A stretch of DNA of 38,665 bases, from contig NC_068988.1 of NCBI RefSeq assembly GCF_001194135.2, positions 90,980,962 to 91,019,626 of the forward strand, given 5' to 3'. A program made the position numbers and the translations under genes. The notes beneath the pieces were generated by a model. The model searched no databases. It was not told the DNA's origin and saw nothing but the letters and a program-made list of their open reading frames with translations. Position 1 is the stretch's first letter. The number at the start of each line of letters is the position of its first letter. Below are positions 1-38,665 of this stretch, in pieces. Source of the stretch: Octopus bimaculoides. Lineage: Eukaryota.

Positions 1-225
1 ATATATATGTATATGTGTGTGTGTTTGTGTGTCTGTGTTTGCCCCCCTAGCATTGCTTGACAACCGATGCTGGTGTATTTATGTCCCCCGTCACTTAGTG
101 GTTCGGCCAAAGATACCGATAGAATAAGTACTAGGCTTACAAAGAATAAGTCCCGGGGTCGATCTGTTCGACTGAAGGCGGTGCTCCAGCATGGCCGCAG
201 TCAAATGGCTGAAACAAATAAAAGA
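1..225 (+). mobile_element. SINE family A (tRNA/CORE-like), 3' part
   Basis: Shares gcttgacaaccgatgctgg...aataagtact...ggggtcgat...gtgctccagcatggccgcagtc...gaaacaa with copies at 21580, 25358 and 36605. Confidence 0.8.
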
Positions 226-1348
226 GTAATTAGTAATTTTACTAAGTTGTTCGGTGTGTAAAAAAACCATTATCGGTAAATTTATATAGACAAAATTAAA
301 ATTTAGGGTTCAGCAAGCATTGCTTCACCACACACCAAAAATTAGAAATAGCAGAAATAGGGGGTTGTGTCTTTCTCACCACCATTTGAAAATTGGTGTT
401 AGTTTGTTTACGTTGCTTAGAGCTTCCTTAAAAGAAAAAGTATCTGACTTGAGAAAAAATTAGTACTGGGGTTGATTTACTAAAACCTTTAAGGCGGTGT
501 CCCACTTTTACCACGGGTCACTTACTGAAAGAAATATAATTCTATGAATGTTATACCAATTAAGATTAGGAAGTTGTACATTAATTAGTCATTTAAGATA
601 AATTTAGAAAGATGACCAGAGATAGATTAGCATGAAATCTGCAGGTGGAAATCCTTCATTTTCAAAATTTTCTTTTACCTATGGAATCGTTAAATATGTC
701 GTTTGATCACAGCCTGTATTTGTCTAAGTTGTTCAGAAACATGCTACTGGCCACCCTTCGTTATTTCTCTCAGCTCATTTCTGTTTAAATTATGCAAATT
801 ACCCAGTCATAAATATATCTTCTTTGTATATGTCTAAGTGCCTTGGCTACAGGAGATAAAGTCAGACAATTGTCGCTCTGATGACGGTCACTGAATCAGA
901 AGACACGGCTTCTCTAATCTCCAGACAGTAAGCCTACAATTTTCCTTAAAGGCTTCTCAGCTTTGGGGAAATTCTTGCATCTAGAGATTACCTTTCCCTA
1001 TCAAATGGAGCTGGTCTTAATTATCACCTGGTAATTATAATACAAACCTCAAGAGACGGAGATAATTTTGATAAATCAAGATCTTTATGTTGTATGGTAT
1101 TTGATACATCAGTATTTGTTTATGTTATATATATATGTACAGCACATTTCCTGTTTGGCAGGAATTTTTAAAATTCTCTCGGGAAAGATATCTACAGCTT
1201 TACGGCATGTAAAGCTTATCATGTGTGTGCAAAATATCTTGGCACTCTTCGCACTTACCAAATATAGAATTTTGAAAACTATTCTTTTTTTTTTACCAAT
1301 GTGTTTTTCTTGGAAGCTCTTTTAATTTCGCAGATGACATCACACCGT

Positions 1349-1434
1349 TTTCTTCTTCTTCTTCTTCTTCTTCTTCTTCTTCTTCTTCTTCTTCTTCTTC
1401 TTCTTCTTCTTCTTCTTCTTCTTCTTCTTCTTCT
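1349..1434. repeat. (TTC)n microsatellite, ~28 units
   Basis: Directly visible. Confidence 0.98.
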
Positions 1435-1502
1435 ACCTATATATGTAAGTATCCATAGACGCATAAACACATACACACACACACCCACCAATACATACGT
1501 GT

Positions 1503-1871
1503 NNNNNNNNNNNNNNNNNNNNNNNNNNNNNNNNNNNNNNNNNNNNNNNNNNNNNNNNNNNNNNNNNNNNNNNNNNNNNNNNNNNNNNNNNNNNNNNNNN
1601 NNNNNNNNNNNNNNNNNNNNNNNNNNNNNNNNNNNNNNNNNNNNNNNNNNNNNNNNNNNNNNNNNNNNNNNNNNNNNNNNNNNNNNNNNNNNNNNNNNNN
1701 NNNNNNNNNNNNNNNNNNNNNNNNNNNNNNNNNNNNNNNNNNNNNNNNNNNNNNNNNNNNNNNNNNNNNNNNNNNNNNNNNNNNNNNNNNNNNNNNNNNN
1801 NNNNNNNNNNNNNNNNNNNNNNNNNNNNNNNNNNNNNNNNNNNNNNNNNNNNNNNNNNNNNNNNNNNNNNN
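1503..1871. other. Assembly gap (others at 6310-6518, 12645-12802, 17876-18105, 19070-19204, 20577-20586, 21675-21845, 28986-29201, 30759-30819)
   Basis: Runs of N, mostly abutting microsatellites or SINEs; lengths are estimates. Confidence 0.99.
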
Positions 1872-2879
1872 ATATATAATACAGAGAGATAGAGAGAGAG
1901 GGGGAGAGATACATATAATTTAAATGCAAAAGAAACAACGGCGACAAAACAGGAACACTGCTCGACAAATACGTTATTAGCATTTATGTAGTACTCAGTA
2001 CGTGAAAGCTAGAAATAACGTGTTTTTGTGGAGTACATGTGTCCTCAGCCGCCTGGATTACTGTTCACAGTCAAACAACAGTAAAACAACAGCAGGTTTT
2101 GTAACAATCTAGCGATGCTTCACGTAGAAAATCGTCTCAGTGGCACAGCTGTGCCACTGAGACAAGCTGCAAGCATTAAGACTCTACACTCTGATGAGAA
2201 GACGGGGATGATATGCAGTGACCTATTTATAGATACTTGATGGACTCGCACCAAACTTCAGCATTGAGATCCATACTAATATTTGAAAAGATCGTCATTG
2301 CCTAGTCCCAGAGATGCAGGTATCGTCCTCGAAAATCAGGACATGCTGCAACAGCCTAGGGTTCAAAGGACCATATGTTTTTAGCATATTGCCAAAAAGG
2401 TGCGAGTGTGATTGTGTGGCAAAACGTTTGTTTCCTGACCACATGGTTCCGGGTTTGTATTGTACACACACGTACATCGGCAACATTCTTCTATTTCTTG
2501 AAAATGGGGTCATAACCCCGAAATATTGAATACAAAGTAAGTCTACATTAAGTCACATATTTGTTTTCTTGTGATTTACCTTGCATTTACTTCACATTGT
2601 TTTGGCCTTACCCACGATCCTTTATACAATATATATATATGTGTGTGTACGTACGAAGACTGGTGATTCACTTTATCACTTGCTGAGATTTTCTTGTTCG
2701 ATGCGATTCTCCAACCGCGAACAAAGAAGAATAACGTATTGAGTCTTCCTCCTCCTCCTGTTGTTCCTGCACCTCTTGCTCCTCCTGCTTCTCCTCCTCC
2801 TTAGTATAAAAATGTATCTATCTACCCGAACTCTCACCTTTATTGATCAAGGCATCTGACCATTTACTCTGTATTACAG

Positions 2880-37717
<34,838 letters not shown>

Positions 37718-37766
37718 CAAGAAAAGATAACAAACCTTGTTTCATATTGCTTAGAATTGTAGACAA

Positions 37767-37792
37767 AATAAAATGTAAAAAGGTATAATAAA
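37767..37792 (+). terminator. Candidate polyadenylation signals (AATAAA at 37767 and 37787; another at 37937)
   Basis: Canonical hexamers 50-70 nt after the stop codon; AT-rich context makes chance occurrence possible. Confidence 0.45.
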
Positions 37793-37986
37793 CGTGCTTC
37801 TAAGGTATGTATCAGTTTAAAATTTATAGAGTTAGAAGCATTTGTTCTCCAAGTATGAATATCAGTAAGCAACAATTGACATTTTTAGCCAGAGAACTTA
37901 ACCCTGCCCTTGTATGAACTGTAGAGTTTGCAAAGCAATAAATTGAAAACATGCAAAGGAACAATTGATTAAGGTTTCAATATATA

Positions 37987-38178
37987 TAACAAATTTTACT
38001 GCCAACATTTCAAACACGTATGTGAAATTCTATGTATACATTTATCTATCTATATATGTACGCATCTATGGACCTATATGTGTAACAAATCTTACAGCTA
38101 ACATTTCAAACACAAGTGAAATTCTATGTATATATCTATGTATCTATATATGTACGTATTTATGGGCATATATATTTG
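37987..38178. repeat. Tandem duplication, 2 x ~96 bp
   Basis: taacaaat.ttac.gc.aacatttcaaacac...gtgaaattctatgtata at 37987 and 38083. Confidence 0.85.
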
Positions 38179-38579
38179 TATATGTCTGTGCGTAGGTTTT
38201 GTAGTAGTAGTAGTATTAGTAGTGCTCATATATCTTTGTTACTAGGTAGAATTACGCATCGTTTCGCCGCACATACACACTTAGGGTGTAACTTATAGTA
38301 AAAACATATACATTGCATGAAATATTTATAAATGGTCAATCATCAGATAGATAGCAAGTATGGTAATGGAAAAGTAATGGGAAAAAGCTAATGTAAAGGA
38401 AATATGCCATTCTCTCTTTCTCTCTCCCTCTACATATGTATATAAATGTATGTATTTACATTTATTGATACACACATACACGCACACATATGACTAGAAA
38501 AATAAAATAAAATTTTACGCAACTTCACATAACTTCATGGGTGTACAGGACACTTCCATCACACCAGATAATCGGAAGC

Positions 38580-38665
<86 letters not shown>

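Noticed and set aside
600-1100. Possible degraded retroelement with ctgatgacgg...cagagac (hammerhead-like) near 878
   Set aside because: No convincing protein motif in any frame, and the GAAA core is absent.
1279-1983. Long ORF-track entries with poly-L/R, HTHT, YVCM or X runs (also near 7100-7490, 12460-13280, 20170-20910, 21280-22300, 28880-29350, 30490-31000)
   Set aside because: Translations of microsatellites and N-gaps; no coding signal.

Overview
Eukaryotic, AT-rich, repeat-dense animal DNA from a gapped draft assembly (9 N-runs). The SINE and microsatellite content resembles what I recall of octopus genomes; this is not database-checked. One gene spans almost the whole window on the + strand: 10 GT-AG exons (2880-37717) splice in frame to 524 aa plus a stop codon. 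They encode a type-B carboxylesterase/cholinesterase-family protein that looks neuroligin-like but keeps a complete Ser-Glu-His triad (GHSAG, SNEGS, VPHGED). It ends in a transmembrane helix and an 8-aa tail, and its 5' exon(s) lie upstream of the window. The introns hold decayed mobile DNA: Tx1/L1-like, RTE and R4/Dong-like LINE fragments, three mariner relics, a hATm-like relic, three SINE families, Penelope-like repeats with hammerhead-like motifs, and two copies of an 8-bp-TSD MITE with nested palindromes around telomeric repeats. No rRNA, genuine tRNA or CRISPR array was found. I cannot claim a wholly new system. The best leads are the possibly catalytic neuroligin-like protein, the telomere-palindrome MITE and the SINE re-insertion and long-TSD signatures.
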